Below, piece after piece: positions 1-13,554 of a DNA stretch of 64,000 nt (positions within the stretch are counted from its first letter, which is position 1; each line of letters opens with the position of its first letter). The position numbers and the translations under genes were made by a program. Source of the DNA: Octopus sinensis (lineage: Eukaryota); assembly GCF_006345805.1 (NCBI RefSeq), contig NC_043007.1, forward strand, positions 9,114,001-9,178,000, in the 5' to 3' direction. Below the pieces are notes generated by a model, which worked only from the letters and a program-made list of their open reading frames with translations, did no database searches and had not been told where the DNA came from.

Positions 1-41
<41 letters not shown>

Positions 42-162
42 TATATATATATATATACATATATGTGTATGTATACATATATATATGTATATATATATGT
101 ATGTATGTATTATATATATGTATCTATGTGAATATATTTAAATAAACTCACGCATTCATAGG

Positions 163-229
<67 letters not shown>

Positions 230-257
230 GTTATATATATATATATGTATATACATG

Positions 258-319
<62 letters not shown>

Positions 320-415
320 ATGCAACTTACAAAAATCTCTTGCAACTGAAAATGTCAGCAAGCTGATTAATAAATATTCTAATTCAGTTTAGTCATTCAT
401 TTTTAAAGTTCTGCA

Positions 416-451
<36 letters not shown>

Positions 452-495
452 ACACACACACACACACACATACACACACACACGTACACACACAA
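1..495. repeat. Compound (TA)n/(TG)n and (CA)n microsatellites
   Basis: Direct reading; source of spurious YI/HT ORFs. Confidence 0.95.
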
Positions 496-786
496 TTGTT
501 CCTAGAGTTACGCTTTCGTTTTCCTTGCTCAACATATTTAATTCTTTCATTTTCCCTTTTATTTATCCCTCTCTTAGGAATCTCTTTCTCTCTGTAGTTC
601 TTTTTCTTTCTCTCTTTCTGCTTTTCATTCTACCCCTCTCTCTCGATCTCTCTGCTCCTCTTACTGCCCCTCTTTCTGTTGCATGCTCTCTGTAGACTCC
701 TACAAAGGCGCCGTGATTCCGAAAAGATACAATTGAAAACCATAACAATATGAACATTTTCGGGTCAGATTTAAACCAAAATGAGA

Positions 787-826
<40 letters not shown>

Positions 827-1023
827 ATACACACACACTCACACATACACACTTATATATATATATATAAACATGCATACATGCATACATGTATACCTTC
901 ATACATGCATACATAAATTCATTCATAGAAATATACATATATATATTTATACACACACACACAAACACACACATATACACACACACATATCTATATATAA
1001 CAAAGAATAAGAATAATAGAAAA

Positions 1024-1190
1024 AAGATCAACAACAACAGGATAATAATGGTGACGATAATAATAATAGTAATAATAATAATCTTTATTATTATTATTAT
1101 TGATATAATAATAATAATAATAAAAGTAATAATAATAATAATAATGATAATAATAACAATAATAACAATAACAATAACAATAATAATAAT

Positions 1191-1274
<84 letters not shown>

Positions 1275-1380
1275 TATAATAAGGATGATAATAATAACGT
1301 TAATACTAATATATAATAAAAATAATGATAATAACACTTTCAACAACAATATATTGAATGATATTAATAATAAATAATGG
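1024..1380. repeat. (AAT)n microsatellite
   Basis: Long imperfect aat run. Confidence 0.95.
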
Positions 1381-1991
1381 ATTATATTTGTGAACAAGGG
1401 GATGAGGTTGGAATGAGAAAGGATAAATGGAATTATATGATAAAAATGTTAAGCAAGAGAATACATTTTGAATGGTAGAAACGGGAGAGAGATTAAATTG
1501 AAAGTAATGCATTTGCAATTAGGGAAGGAAATAGCATTCTCCGTTTAGAGTGTATGTTACCGGAAGTAGTGACAAAAGAAAGGGGGAGATAAATGAAATT
1601 CCTCAATTATTTCTGCTGGTATATTTGTCCATAGTTGCATCCGTACATACGTAATGTTTATTTCGTCTATTTTCTGGCAGCTGGTGATATTGTTATTTTT
1701 AGCTAATGCTGTTGTTGTCGATGTTATGGCTCTTCTTCTTCTTGTTATTGTTATTGTTGTTGCTTTTGTTGATGTTGCAGTTATCGTTGCTGTTATTTGT
1801 TTTTTTATGTTGTTTTCGTCATGTTCTTATTGTTGAGGACTAGATTTATAACCAGATTTATAGAACTTAATATATAAATGAAATTATAATGTTTGGCAGA
1901 CTTGTAATAAATAATGCAGAATTTTGGATAAACCCATTATTTTTTTTTATGTTCCTGTTTGGAAATACATTATTGTATCATGAGCGTGTAG

Positions 1992-2309
1992 AAGGGAGCG
2001 AAATGCACAGGGGTTAAGAAATGACGAGTATTTTAATGTATGCGTAGATGTTAAGAAAATATATCATTGTGAAGAAATACGTATTTAAATAATTGAAGTA
2101 GAATTGCGTCAATGACCAGGTCCCAAAAAGTGCGAAGACAATTTTGATATAAAGGGAGCAAAATGCACAGGGGTTAAGAAATGACGAGTATTTTAATGTA
2201 TGCGTAGATGTTAAGAAAATATATCATTGTGAAGAAATACTTATTTAAATAATTGAAGTAGAATTGCGTCAATGACCAGGTCCCAAAAAGTGCGAAGACA
2301 ATTTTGATA
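1992..2309. repeat. Tandem duplication, 160-bp period, 2 copies
   Basis: aaatgcacaggggttaagaa starts at 2001 and 2161; near-identical through gacaattttgata. Confidence 0.95.
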
Positions 2310-3229
2310 AAAAGTAACAATTGATTAAGCTCTCAGGTCCTATCACACGCCGTAGAAGTGCAACTCCGCAGTTTTCAAAGAAACTTATGCACGTTTTTAT
2401 GGCTTAATCGAGCATATTGAGGGCACATTAGCTTCCGTTTCTGGGAGGTCCAGAAACTATTAGACGCTTCCTTTTTTGTGTTTATACGATAAGGGTTGTA
2501 TCGCATATTACAACTATTTTTTATAAATTAGATCATTGTGGAAATTGTACAACACATAATTGAATTGCGTCGTTCTGAAACAAAATAATGGCTTAAGGGA
2601 TAAATTCGTTGGTTGCTAATTTCCACATGGCACTCCACCGTCATATCTGAGAAAAAGGTAATATTCATTCAAATTTCAGAAACGATAAACAGAAGACATA
2701 GACTTACAGAAATCCATATAAAACACTACAATAGAAGTAAATTTCGTGTTCATTCAGTTCTCATTGAAAAGGTTTGAAATGAAAGATAAATCGGAAACCA
2801 ATTCATCTCATAACACAATATTTGTCCATGAAGATGTAAACATCGTTATTCGATGCTTCAGTGTATTAAAAATAGCCAATGTGAGGAATATGTACAAACG
2901 TGTCTCGAAACAATTCAAATAACGAGTAGGTAACGACCAGTTAACAATCATCACAAATCAGCGAATTAAGCGATACGAAATGCAGCATACTTGGAAATGT
3001 CAGATTTTTCGACACTCATGAGACATGGATTCAATTCTAAGCTTAATGTCATGTGTTTCTATGTCCTACCAAATATGTAAGTTATATCTTCACTCCAAAC
3101 AAAGTCCCTCTCTGTGACAGATTTTCTCACCTATTTTCAATCAAATCTTCCCTCTATAACACGCGACAGTGTCACAATAGATATATAGATATAATGTTAG
3201 ATACATTTTATTTTGAATCAAATACAGAT

Positions 3230-4490
3230 GAGCTCGGATTCAAAACTTTTGAGCTGGTTCAACGTAGTTAGAACTAACATTTGTCTATATAACAACACTG
3301 ATCATCAGTGCAAGGAATATATTCAGAAAAAATACTGAAGCAGAATTATCATTTCATTCAAACAGTTTGAACTCAAAGTCAAATTACTCTAACATCATTG
3401 GGTTTGAAAGCGGGTTATACATTAGTTAATGTAGTCTGGGACATATATCATATACATCATTGCCAGCATCGAGATTACGAGTCAGGATATTTTAAATCAG
3501 TGTCATTCTATAGCGAAATAATGATGTTGTATGATATGTAAGATTCAGCCATGTAGAATGGATGAATATTTTCGTGTCGGAATAGATTCTCTAATAATTA
3601 GAGAATAATTTAAGTTGAAACGAATATATAATTGGCATCCCAAAGAGAATATAATTATGTGGTGTTATTACATCTTAATAACACGTCTTACATCGGCAAA
3701 AATATCAAAATGTAAACGCAGTTCAAATAACCGTCTATTATAAATGAATATTATTAAGTTATAATAATTCTTACATCGACAAAATTGAAAACAAAACTAC
3801 ACAGCAATCCTTACATTTTATATATGATAGTAAAGCCAATGAGGGAATTATCATTTCGTTCAAGCAGTTTGAATTGAAAGGCCAAATTAACCTCAATTGG
3901 TAGGGTTTGAAACCGCGAAATACATTAGATAATGTAGGCCGGGATATACTAGGTAAGAATCAATAAATATGTATGGTTGACTCAAGATGTATTGAATCCG
4001 AATCAATCAGGATCAAAGTAAAACAACAACGACAACAACCGCTTCATGTCAGGTCATTTATTTCATAGAACCGTAGAAAGGATTAGCAATATTGCCTCTA
4101 GCAAAATCTAAACTAAAGATTAAATATGACTGAGGTGAGTTTGCAGAAATCATCTATAATTTACTGTTTCCTGAAAAATATGTCCCATTTTTCTTGCAGA
4201 TCCTCCACCCCAAAAGAACTGTGATCGAAGGAGAGCAATTATCAACAGCTTTCCAGCCGTGACATACCACCTTTAATTCACAAATATGTCTGCAATACAG
4301 AGGCGTTATCATTGCCTTTAGTGATATAATTATTACTTTGCTGATGGCTAGCTGCTTCTTTGTCTGAAAGTATATATTTGATAGGCATCTATTGGTTGAA
4401 GGACAAATATGGTAAACGAGGAAATACTAGCCTGCGGAGTGATCGATACAGTACCAAAATGTTATGTGTATCAACAGGATTGGTAAGTAA
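3230..4490 (+). pseudogene. Decayed coding relic with an internally duplicated domain (tentatively Cu/Zn-SOD-like)
   Basis: 3345-3445 and 3847-3948 are diverged copies. Their first 11 codons (IIISFKQFELK) differ only at synonymous sites. EILACGVID at 4421-4447 resembles the SOD C-terminal RLACGVI. Many stops and frameshifts; identity uncertain. Confidence 0.3.
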
Positions 4491-4691
4491 ATAGATTAAT
4501 ATACCAATTAATTATGGATCGGTTATGCATATTCACACACCTTCATATTTTGGTTCTGACCTGATATATTATTCTCCAAGTTCACTTAATTATCAGCGTT
4601 GGACGACACATTATAGTGCTTTTGGTTTATAAACAGGTTAGGTCACCATGGTTAATATTTCCTATTTCGTATTGATATGAAAAGATTCCTT

Positions 4692-4860
4692 AAGGCGGCA
4701 AGCTGGCTGAGTCGGTACCACGCCAGGAAAAATGCTTAGCGGTATTTCGTACGTCTGTACTTTCTGAGCACAAATTCCGTCGAGCTCGACGTTGCTTTCC
4801 ATTTTTTTCGGGGACGATAAAATAAATACCAGTTGAACACCGGGATTGATAAGATATTCT
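4692..4860 (+). mobile_element. SINE, family A (aaggcggcgagctggc head)
   Basis: Matches copies at 21852-22930, 46027 and 61900. Confidence 0.8.
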
Positions 4861-5693
4861 ACAAAAGAAGATCGATGTTTTAAAAGTATAAATCCAAAAA
4901 GCATCAGAAAAGAAGCAAAAAATTTCAAATTTCAAATACTTCTACATGTGAGATGCTGGATACATATGTAGATACCTACGTAGAAAGATGTTCGGAAATC
5001 TGATGACTGGGGCTATTTTGTGCAAGTCCTGCTGAGAAAATACTGTGGCATAAATTACCTCTGACATTTCTCACGAGAGACCCATTAATCACAGAGGGAC
5101 GACACATTTACATCTTTGATAGGATTATAGAGTACTGAGGTTTAAAAATAAATAGACGGTGAATACTAATGAATGATTTAGGGTAACTGCTACGTATATT
5201 CGTAGATATTTACATACATACAAACATATATACATACACATATATGAATGTGTTTATATATGAGTGTAGGTATACGCAAGGAGTAGCATATACGAAATAT
5301 CAATGGATTAGAGAAAGCATATTCACGTCATAACTAAGCCTAAAACATCAATAACAAAAATGTAGGAATCCAAATATTTTAAAGAATAGCTGCGGAAGGA
5401 AAAAAATTGAACTTAAGTAATATAACCTTCTCAGAATAATAAACAACAGCCTTTTGATACTTTATTTATATAAATATATTTTTGCAGATATAGAAGTAAG
5501 ATTAAGAATATAAGTTTTTAAAAGTTACCTTCCCTAATCTCTGTCAATTTTTAAAAATATTTTTAGAAATACAAAAATTTAAAGGAAATGCTTACATTAG
5601 CCATAAAACAGAAATTGAATATTGTAGCTAAATAGCATACAAAAAAAAATATTTTTATTGATTTCAAGCTATGGCACAAGGCCACCAACAAAG

Positions 5694-5878
5694 GGTGGGG
5701 AAGGATAAGTCTATTACATCGATCCCGGTGATCAACGGGTACTTATTTTATCGATCCCAAAAGGATGAAAAACAACGACGACCCCAGTGGATTTTTGAAT
5801 GTCAGAACGTACAAACAGACGAAATGCTACTAGGCATTTTCCCAACGTGTTAAGTATTCTGCCAGCTCGCCGCCTCAA
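5694..5878 (-). mobile_element. SINE, family A, diverged
   Basis: Ends in ctgccagctcgccgcc, the reverse complement of the family head. Confidence 0.75.
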
Positions 5879-6439
5879 GGAAATTATTCATATCTCCAAC
5901 AAAGCTTAGATATGAATATTTAAATACAGAATATTTTATATTGTATCATAAATACCATAGTCGACTCGATTTTTTTCTTTACGCGCTTGGTAAAAGAAGT
6001 ATGCGAGAAATACTACTGCCCTCGCATTCAACATTAACCCCGCCCACCCCCAATCTGTTATGGATTGCCAGATTCACTAGAGCGCCAGTTAAAAACAATT
6101 ACGTATTTGTGTGTTTGTGTGTGTGTGTATGTGTGTGCGTGTGTGTTTTTGCGTGATAGAGTATGCTATTGTGAAGATATATTTGACTAAGAGTAAGTGA
6201 AACTTGGATTAGATACATTTCAACCGAAGAGAGATGTTTTGCAATATGAATCTCAAAAGCAGGCGAATCGTAGAGGCAAAATATTTCAAATTTCATTGTT
6301 TGATCATAAAATGCATATAGCATTGTCATATATATAGATACATATATACGAAATATGGGGGCTTAGTTCATAGGTGATCGAAACAATCAGATACACTGGG
6401 TAAGTACTGTAGTGGATTACCAGGGTTCCAAGGTTATAG

Positions 6440-7830
6440 CCAAGACGGGGATTATGGAACTATTGTAGATTTCAGATATAGCGGACCCTCATATCCTTCG
6501 ATAATAAGCTTTGGTCCCGTGCTAACCTCAGTTCTAAAAGAAACAACTTCTTTTATATAACCATGGGCGCATCCGACTCCGCTCAGTCGGACTGTACCTC
6601 CTTCAACAGATCCACACACAATTCCCCCACATCAAAGGAGGTTTATAGAGAGTTGATTCATTGTTAATTGCAACAGGCCTAACAGAATCTGCATTAGAAA
6701 GAACTAGAAAACTTTTACATAAATTCTTCGGCAACTTCAACCTATCTCTTTGAAAACTCTTAAAGACAGCAAATTTTCTACATGTTACATTAGATTTAAA
6801 TACTTCACTCTACTTCCCTTATCATAAACCCAGTGAGTACCTTAAGTACATCAACACCGAATCTAGCCACCATAAATCTATTTTCCAGAGTATAATCAAC
6901 GACATATCCATCAAAATACCCGATCTATCCTTCACTGAGGAAATATTCTACGTACTACAATCAGGTTCTAGCTGCTATTGGTTTCTCCTAGAAGATTAAA
7001 TTGATACCAAACACTAGACTTAAAGAACACCTCTCGAAACTTTACCCTAGACAATCGTGCCCACATATTGGATATACACATCCTCTCACTATGGTTGGAA
7101 ATCTCGCCCACCTAGCACCCACAGGCATAACACTAGACCTAAGAATACTAACATGAAACATTCCAACTCCCCTCTATCATAAATTAGGAATTACGCCTCC
7201 CCAAATTTTCCTAATAGAAACGGTGGGAGATCTATTCTCTGATATATATCTCCATTGACTTTAAAGAGCCTTGCCAAAGCATTCTTTAAAACAGTAAAAC
7301 CACAAATATCATTCTATCTTTAACAGATCCACTTTGAAATTATCTTATTCCTCTACAGCAAATGTAGAATCTATTATCACCTCATCTAACAAACATAAAT
7401 TTTTCTCTTACTAAGCTCTTACAACAAACGATACTACTAATAATTCTTTTCTAATGTCGTATACCAATGCACTGTCCACAACATAGTAAGTAATTCTAAT
7501 AGCTACCACATTGGATCTACCACAAATTTTAAGCAAAGATATCATGCACATTTAAACACGTTTAAATATAAAGAGAATAGCAATTCCACATCACTAGCCA
7601 GTCACGTACTACATATGATTAATAGAAAAATACATTATATACTATCCTGGGCTATAAAAGATTCTGGCATCCCATATCAGGGGATATTCTTATATACCTT
7701 ATTTTATCTTTAATATCAATCTTTGCTTTCCTCCTTCACTCTCTCTACCTATCTATCTATTTATTTTTCTTTCTCTTTATCCCTTAATAGCCACCTCTGC
7801 TCCCATTCTCTTACAGAACGTCGATACGTT
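6440..7830 (+). mobile_element. Penelope-like element relic (RT to GIY-YIG region)
   Basis: TMGASD at ~6560; NFLHVTLDLNTSLYFPYHKPSEYLKYINTESSHHKSIFQSIINDISIKIPDLSFTEEIF at 6772-6948; FNRSTLKLSYSSTANVESIITSSNK at ~7320-7395; all typical of PLE ORFs; disrupted by stops. Confidence 0.75.
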
Positions 7831-8149
7831 CGCGTTTATTTCTTGATATTTACGCTATTAAGCCTTGAACCCACATGGATTTACGCAAGATTGCACCTAA
7901 GGACCTAAGGACTAAACGATCTACATCAACATACCTTTCTCCTTTTTCTTCATCTCATTCCCTATTTCCTTCCCTGTATGTCGTCATTTCATTAATCTAT
8001 ACACTTTCATTTTTCCTATTTGTCTGCCATGACAGAATATCCCATACACTGCGATCTCCCAAGAAACAGTTGTAAGGCTTTGAATTTTTCCAATAATAAC
8101 GTATATGACTTGAGATGTTTGTCTAACCTTAACGTTTTTTGTCCACTTT

Positions 8150-8157
8150 AACTAATA

Positions 8158-8243
<86 letters not shown>

Positions 8244-8256
8244 GTGTGTGTGTGTG
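8150..8256. repeat. (TA)n/(TG)n microsatellite
   Basis: Direct reading. Confidence 0.95.
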
Positions 8257-8530
8257 TAGCAATGTATCACCGAAAACGAAAACTCTAATAATCATGTCAT
8301 TAAATATAACCGTTGGGTGTTAGAACACATACAATGCTGAGAGTATGTGCGTATACTATTATGTCTGTTGACTGTGGCATCAGAGCGTTTTAGCTCTCAT
8401 TTCTAGCGTTGCAGGTTTTATAAAACCCTCAATCACACTCACATACAGACACAGACAAAGACATACACATACACACACACACAGACACACACACACATAT
8501 ATATATATATATGTATATTTATTATGTATG

Positions 8531-8770
8531 TATTTCACGTTGCTCCAGTTCACTCAGCTGTAGAAATGAGTTGCGATGTCACTGGTGCCAAGCTGTATCG
8601 ACCTTTGTCTTTCCCTTGGATAACACTGGTGGCGTGGAGAGGGGAGGCTGGTATGCATGGGCGACTGCTGGTCTTCCATAAACAACCTTGCCCGGACTTG
8701 TGTCTAGGAGGGTAACTTTCTAGGTGCAATCCCATGGTCACTCATGACCGAAGGGGGTCTTTACCCTTTA
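8531..8770 (+). mobile_element. SINE central plus 3' module, 5'-truncated
   Basis: tttcacgttgctccagttcactcagctg core shared with the SINE at 46534, followed by a different tail ending gaagggggtctttaccc. Confidence 0.65.
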
Positions 8771-8780
8771 TGTATGTATA

Positions 8781-8847
<67 letters not shown>

Positions 8848-8869
8848 ATACGTATGCATATACACCTAA

Positions 8870-9300
8870 GTTACAATGTGACCTCCATCTTTGTGTTGGC
8901 CATGTGATTCGGTTGCCGGCTAACCAGCCCCTTCAAACATACACTTTTCAACGAGATTCAGACTGGAAGCAAGCCTCATGTCTGTCTAAATCTCCGTTTC
9001 CAAGGTCTTCCAAGCGGTGTTTGATTTTACTTTGGTGTCCCTTCCAAACGATTGAAGACACTGGTAGTTAATCGGAGGGCATGGAAGTCGGTTTGTGATG
9101 CTAGAACAAAACGCTTGAAAACCGAATGCAGGACACTGCATGAAAAAGAAGGAGACGTCGTTATTTACCCTCTGCAACTTGAGCGAGAATACTCGAAAAT
9201 GCAAGCTAAATCACAACTAAATCCTGTAGGCCACCTTTAAATTTTTGTGAAAATCACATTTTCCTTTTTTCATGGAACGTTATTGAAGTTTCCGCCTCCG
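8870..9300 (-). mobile_element. Internally deleted Tc1/mariner-superfamily transposon relic
   Basis: Minus strand gives an N-terminal HTH-like fragment and a C-terminal caaagatggaggtcacattg (DGGHI) typical of these transposase ends. Confidence 0.4.
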
Positions 9301-10204
9301 TAAATATCTGAAAAATTAAAATATTTAAAGTTTATTTTCATGAATTGTTCCTATTGTATGAGAAAAATAAGTCTTGGCAGAAATCCTTTTTTATTGGATA
9401 ATTTCCTGTATTTGTTGCTATTTATTGTTACGTTATTGTACTTCCCAATATATTCTGTTATTTAGCGATATTTTCCGTTGTATTATCGATGTGTTCCTCC
9501 ATCCCTTGTAAATGCGACTATTCTGCTACTTGATTTTAACCCAGCATCAATTGATATTAAGCCCTTCATTGCCGTTCATCTTCCTTTCAATCTGTTTTGG
9601 AGCCTCTCTGTATGCATTTACATATAACTCCTGTACTACCGTCTATTTACTGCCTTGTTGCTTACACATGTGACTGTACATGTCATTTAATTTTGGAAGT
9701 CTGTAGGAAATAAATGAATTTGCCGGAATGATCACCCTACTCTCTCCCATCCAGACCTTCACTCTCAAAGAAGTACATGCCAGAAAATTATGTTCTAAAC
9801 ATACAAATATAGGTTGGTCATAGCTTAGAACACATTTGACCACGATTTGCTTGTGGTTAAACAAGTGACACCGTGTATTGTCTTTAGATATAGACAACGT
9901 GAGAGGAAATGCATGCTATTGAAACTATTAAATCTTAATCGATTTCGTCGTAAAATACTTAATGTTTTATTAAAACGTTTATTATAAATAAATTAGCTTG
10001 TCAAATGCAATGTTATTTTAATTAAGAAATTATTTTAATTAAGAAGACAATTCAAATTGCATTAGACTTTCTCAGTAGACATAGGACTATACTTGCCGGA
10101 GTTGTAATAAGAACATGATTTTGTCAATATATATACATAATCAATAATAAATCTCTGAGAGAGGTATAAACAGTAGCTACACGACATCGTGAAGTATATT
10201 TGTC

Positions 10205-10397
10205 ATTTAAATGTGGCTAACCCGTAAGGGTGGATACTACTGTAGCTTGTAGCCCCAGGAGGACACCACCTCCAGCTGGCTATTGACAAACTTTCTGTGA
10301 CCTATCAGTATTTGCAAAGGGAAGACATCCTTCCCGTCTTCAACCTATGATAGACACGGACTCGAGTTTCTGGGTATTGACCCGTCATCAGCGTGTG
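10205..10397 (-). mobile_element. HHR-bearing structured non-coding repeat (PLE pLTR or retrozyme-like) next to (TA)n
   Basis: Contains the HHR at 10354-10396 plus hairpins gggaag-gatgt-cttccc and ggagg-tggtgt-cctcc on the minus strand. Confidence 0.6.
10354..10396 (-). ncRNA. Minimal type I hammerhead ribozyme
   Basis: Minus strand: ACACG CUGAUGA CGGG-UCAAUA-CCCA GAAA CUCGAG UC CGUGU; 5-bp stem I, palindromic stem III ACUCGAGU, GUC site; C10.1-A11.1 mismatch. Confidence 0.85.
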
Positions 10398-10430
<33 letters not shown>

Positions 10431-10508
10431 ATAATATATATATTATATATGTATACACACACACACACAACACACACACACACATATATATATATATATC
10501 CCCCATGA

Positions 10509-10760
10509 GAGGCGCAATGGCCCAGTGGTTAGGGCAGCGGACTCGCGGTAGGAAGATTGCGGTTTCGATTCCCAGCTGTAGAGCTCCATGATGCTCCGCC
10601 AGTGGGTGGTTGCAACCCCTGTTGTACACTTTTGCCCTAACTTACTCTCACTCTCTCATCCTTTTTCTTGAGTAAAGCTGTGATGGACTGGTGTCCCGTT
10701 CAGCTGGAGGGAGCACATACGCCACAGAAACCGGGAAATCGGGCCCATGAACAGGGCACA
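10509..10760 (+). mobile_element. tRNA-headed SINE (gaggcgcaatggcccagtggttagggc head)
   Basis: A-box and B-box-like head nearly identical to those at 32374 and 50966. Confidence 0.85.
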
Positions 10761-10779
10761 TAAAAAAAAATATCCCCAT

Positions 10780-10974
10780 GACCACCACGATGAATATAAC
10801 TTCAGTTACCATTTCATTCCTCATTTCATTTACCAGCTGGATCATTACAACAACTGCTATCTCTATTGATACTAGCCTCATCAACATAACGGAGAACCCC
10901 CACCATATACATCATGATCATCGATACCACCACGACCACCATCACCACCACGACCCCCCACCACCACCACCACG

Positions 10975-11005
<31 letters not shown>

Positions 11006-11395
11006 TCATCGCGAACGTCATTGCCATTATCCATCGTACATACATGTCACCAGCATCTCCAACAGCACCGCTACAAACACTATGCCCACAAACATCACCA
11101 TCACAACCTCCACCACAACTACTACCACTGTAACCACGGACACATTTGGCAGGACTACCATCTCCACCATTACATGTACAACAGCCATCAATACGACAAT
11201 CACCAACAGCACCACCACCACCAAAACCACCAACATCACCGTCCTCACTAACAACTCAACCTCTACAAGCATCACCACCACCACCACCACCCACCACCAC
11301 CACCACTATCACCAATACCACTCTGAGAACCACACCACCACTATAAATACAACCACTAGCACGAACACCACCACTACAACCACCATAAATACCAG
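10780..11395. repeat. CAC/CAT/ACC trinucleotide low-complexity tract
   Basis: Gives His/Thr-rich pseudo-ORFs in several frames. Confidence 0.9.
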
Positions 11396-11638
11396 AGAAG
11401 CACCGCAGTTATCCTCATCAGTTCTACGAGGAATCTACAATCGTCAGAGATGCTGCAAACAATATCAATAAATTTCTTGGTTATATTTCAGTTTTTAAAC
11501 TTTATTTCAGATTGTTTACACTCATATTAACCTAATTTAATTTCATTTCTATATTCTCATTCGCTATTGTCCTTCTAATATCCTTTATTTCCTTCTTTCC
11601 TATGTACGCCTCTATGTCCCTTTGTTTCTATACTGCTC

Positions 11639-11686
<48 letters not shown>

Positions 11687-12017
11687 TCTCTCTCTCCGAT
11701 TCTTTCTCTGCCTCTTTCTGGATATTCGCTATTCACTTCGTAATTTACGTTTATGCGAATGCACAGAACATTTGATTCATAAAATAATGACATTTGTGCA
11801 TCTATATCCATTGGCAACATACACACACACGCACCTAGATCAACAGACGAGTAGACATACAATAATTATATGTAAATATGTATACACGCACATAAAAAAC
11901 ACATCGTGCAGATGCGCATTCACACTTACGTAGGGTCAAAGAATTTTATTACATAATGTTATGTCTGACAAAAGAAATGGAGAGGTAGTAGAGAAAAGTG
12001 TTTGTGTGTGTCTGTAA

Positions 12018-12051
<34 letters not shown>

Positions 12052-12054
12052 ATG

Positions 12055-12088
<34 letters not shown>

Positions 12089-12222
12089 CGTGCGTGTGCG
12101 TGTGCGTGTGTGTGTGTGTGTCCATTTTTTGTATAATCTGTCTGGATGTTTTTCGTTCTTGTCATATGTTTTGTATTCCTTTTTATACACACACAGACAC
12201 AGATGCACACATACACACACAA

Positions 12223-12253
<31 letters not shown>

Positions 12254-12262
12254 CACACACCT

Positions 12263-12419
12263 AGGAGTGGCTGTGTGGCAAGTAGCTTGCTTACGAACCA
12301 CATGGTTCCGAGTTCAGTCCCGCTCAGATGCAACTTGGGCAAGTGTCTTCTACTATAGCCTCGAGCCGACCAAAAATCTTGTGTGTGGATTTGGTAGACG
12401 GAAACTGAGAGAAGCTCGT

Positions 12420-12459
<40 letters not shown>

Positions 12460-12660
12460 TATTTAAGGTGTCTGTGCTTATCATCCCACCATCGCTTGTT
12501 GGTGTGTTTACGTCACCGTAACTCAGCCTTTCGGCAAAAGAGGCCGATAGTTTAAGTGTTGGACTTACAAAGAATAAGTCCTGGGGTTGATCTGTTCGAC
12601 TAAAGGCGATGCTACAGTATGGCCGCAGTCAAATATCTTAAACAGATGAAAGAGTAAAAG
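12263..12660 (+). mobile_element. CORE-like tRNA SINE (ggagtggctgtgtgg head), full length
   Basis: Head, ccttgggcaagtgtcttctactatagc core, internal (TA)n and a tail ending aagagtaaaag; many copies in the window. Confidence 0.9.
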
Positions 12661-13268
12661 ACTGTATATATATATATATATGTGTGTGTGTGTGGTGTGT
12701 GTGTGTGTGTGTTTGTTTGTACACACACATATATATATTTTTGTTTGTATGTGTGTGTAAGTATATATGTATGTATGTATGTACGTATGTATGTATGCAT
12801 GTATGCATGTATGTTTTCATATATACATGAGTTGCTACCGTTTCGTTTTAAATCAGATGATGTAATACATTGGTGTGTCTCGTCATTTTCTCTCTTTTTG
12901 CCTTAATTCCCAGAAGAAGGTCTGTGTCTGAAACATCTGATTCTCCAATTCTCGCGGCAAGTTCGATTATCCAATATATTATGTCTGCTGACGCAGAGCA
13001 ACACTTAATGCAGTCTGTTTGATTTGTGCGTATCTGTGTGTGTGTGTGTGTGTATGTGTGTTTGTGTGTGTATGTGTGTGTGTGTGCCTGTGTGTCCATA
13101 CATGTGTGCATGTGACACACTTGTTAATTGCTGAGAGATTCTTGCACGTGAAACTATTGATAGATTTGTTACATCATAGGGAAGAAAAATGTATCCACCG
13201 GTATCGAGCTGACATATGCATACACGCACACACACTCCCTCTGTCTCACACACACACACACACACATG

Positions 13269-13299
<31 letters not shown>

Positions 13300-13315
13300 A
13301 CATATATATGCATAT

Positions 13316-13348
<33 letters not shown>

Positions 13349-13384
13349 GCATATATATACATATATATACATATATATATATGC

Positions 13385-13415
<31 letters not shown>

Positions 13416-13470
13416 GATACATATATATATGTATGCATGCATATGGCATATATACATACATACATGCATG

Positions 13471-13502
<32 letters not shown>

Positions 13503-13554
13503 CATACATAATACATACATACATACATGCATGCATGCATACATACATATATGC

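Noticed and set aside
2310-3050. Possible Mutator-like transposase relic (GC*F-H motif near 2610)
   Set aside because: Needs several frameshifts, and local DNA-level repeats explain part of the pattern; support is too weak.
9640-9900. 84-aa minus-strand ORF and candidate splice sites
   Set aside because: No recognisable protein, and candidate exons conflict between strands; needs RNA-seq or homology.
10778-11471. His-rich or Thr-rich mucin-like ORFs
   Set aside because: Trinucleotide low complexity open in overlapping frames, with no splice or signal evidence.
12905-13020. Strong pyrimidine tract and AG acceptor at ~12912
   Set aside because: No matching donor, and the one long frame after it has no recognisable product.
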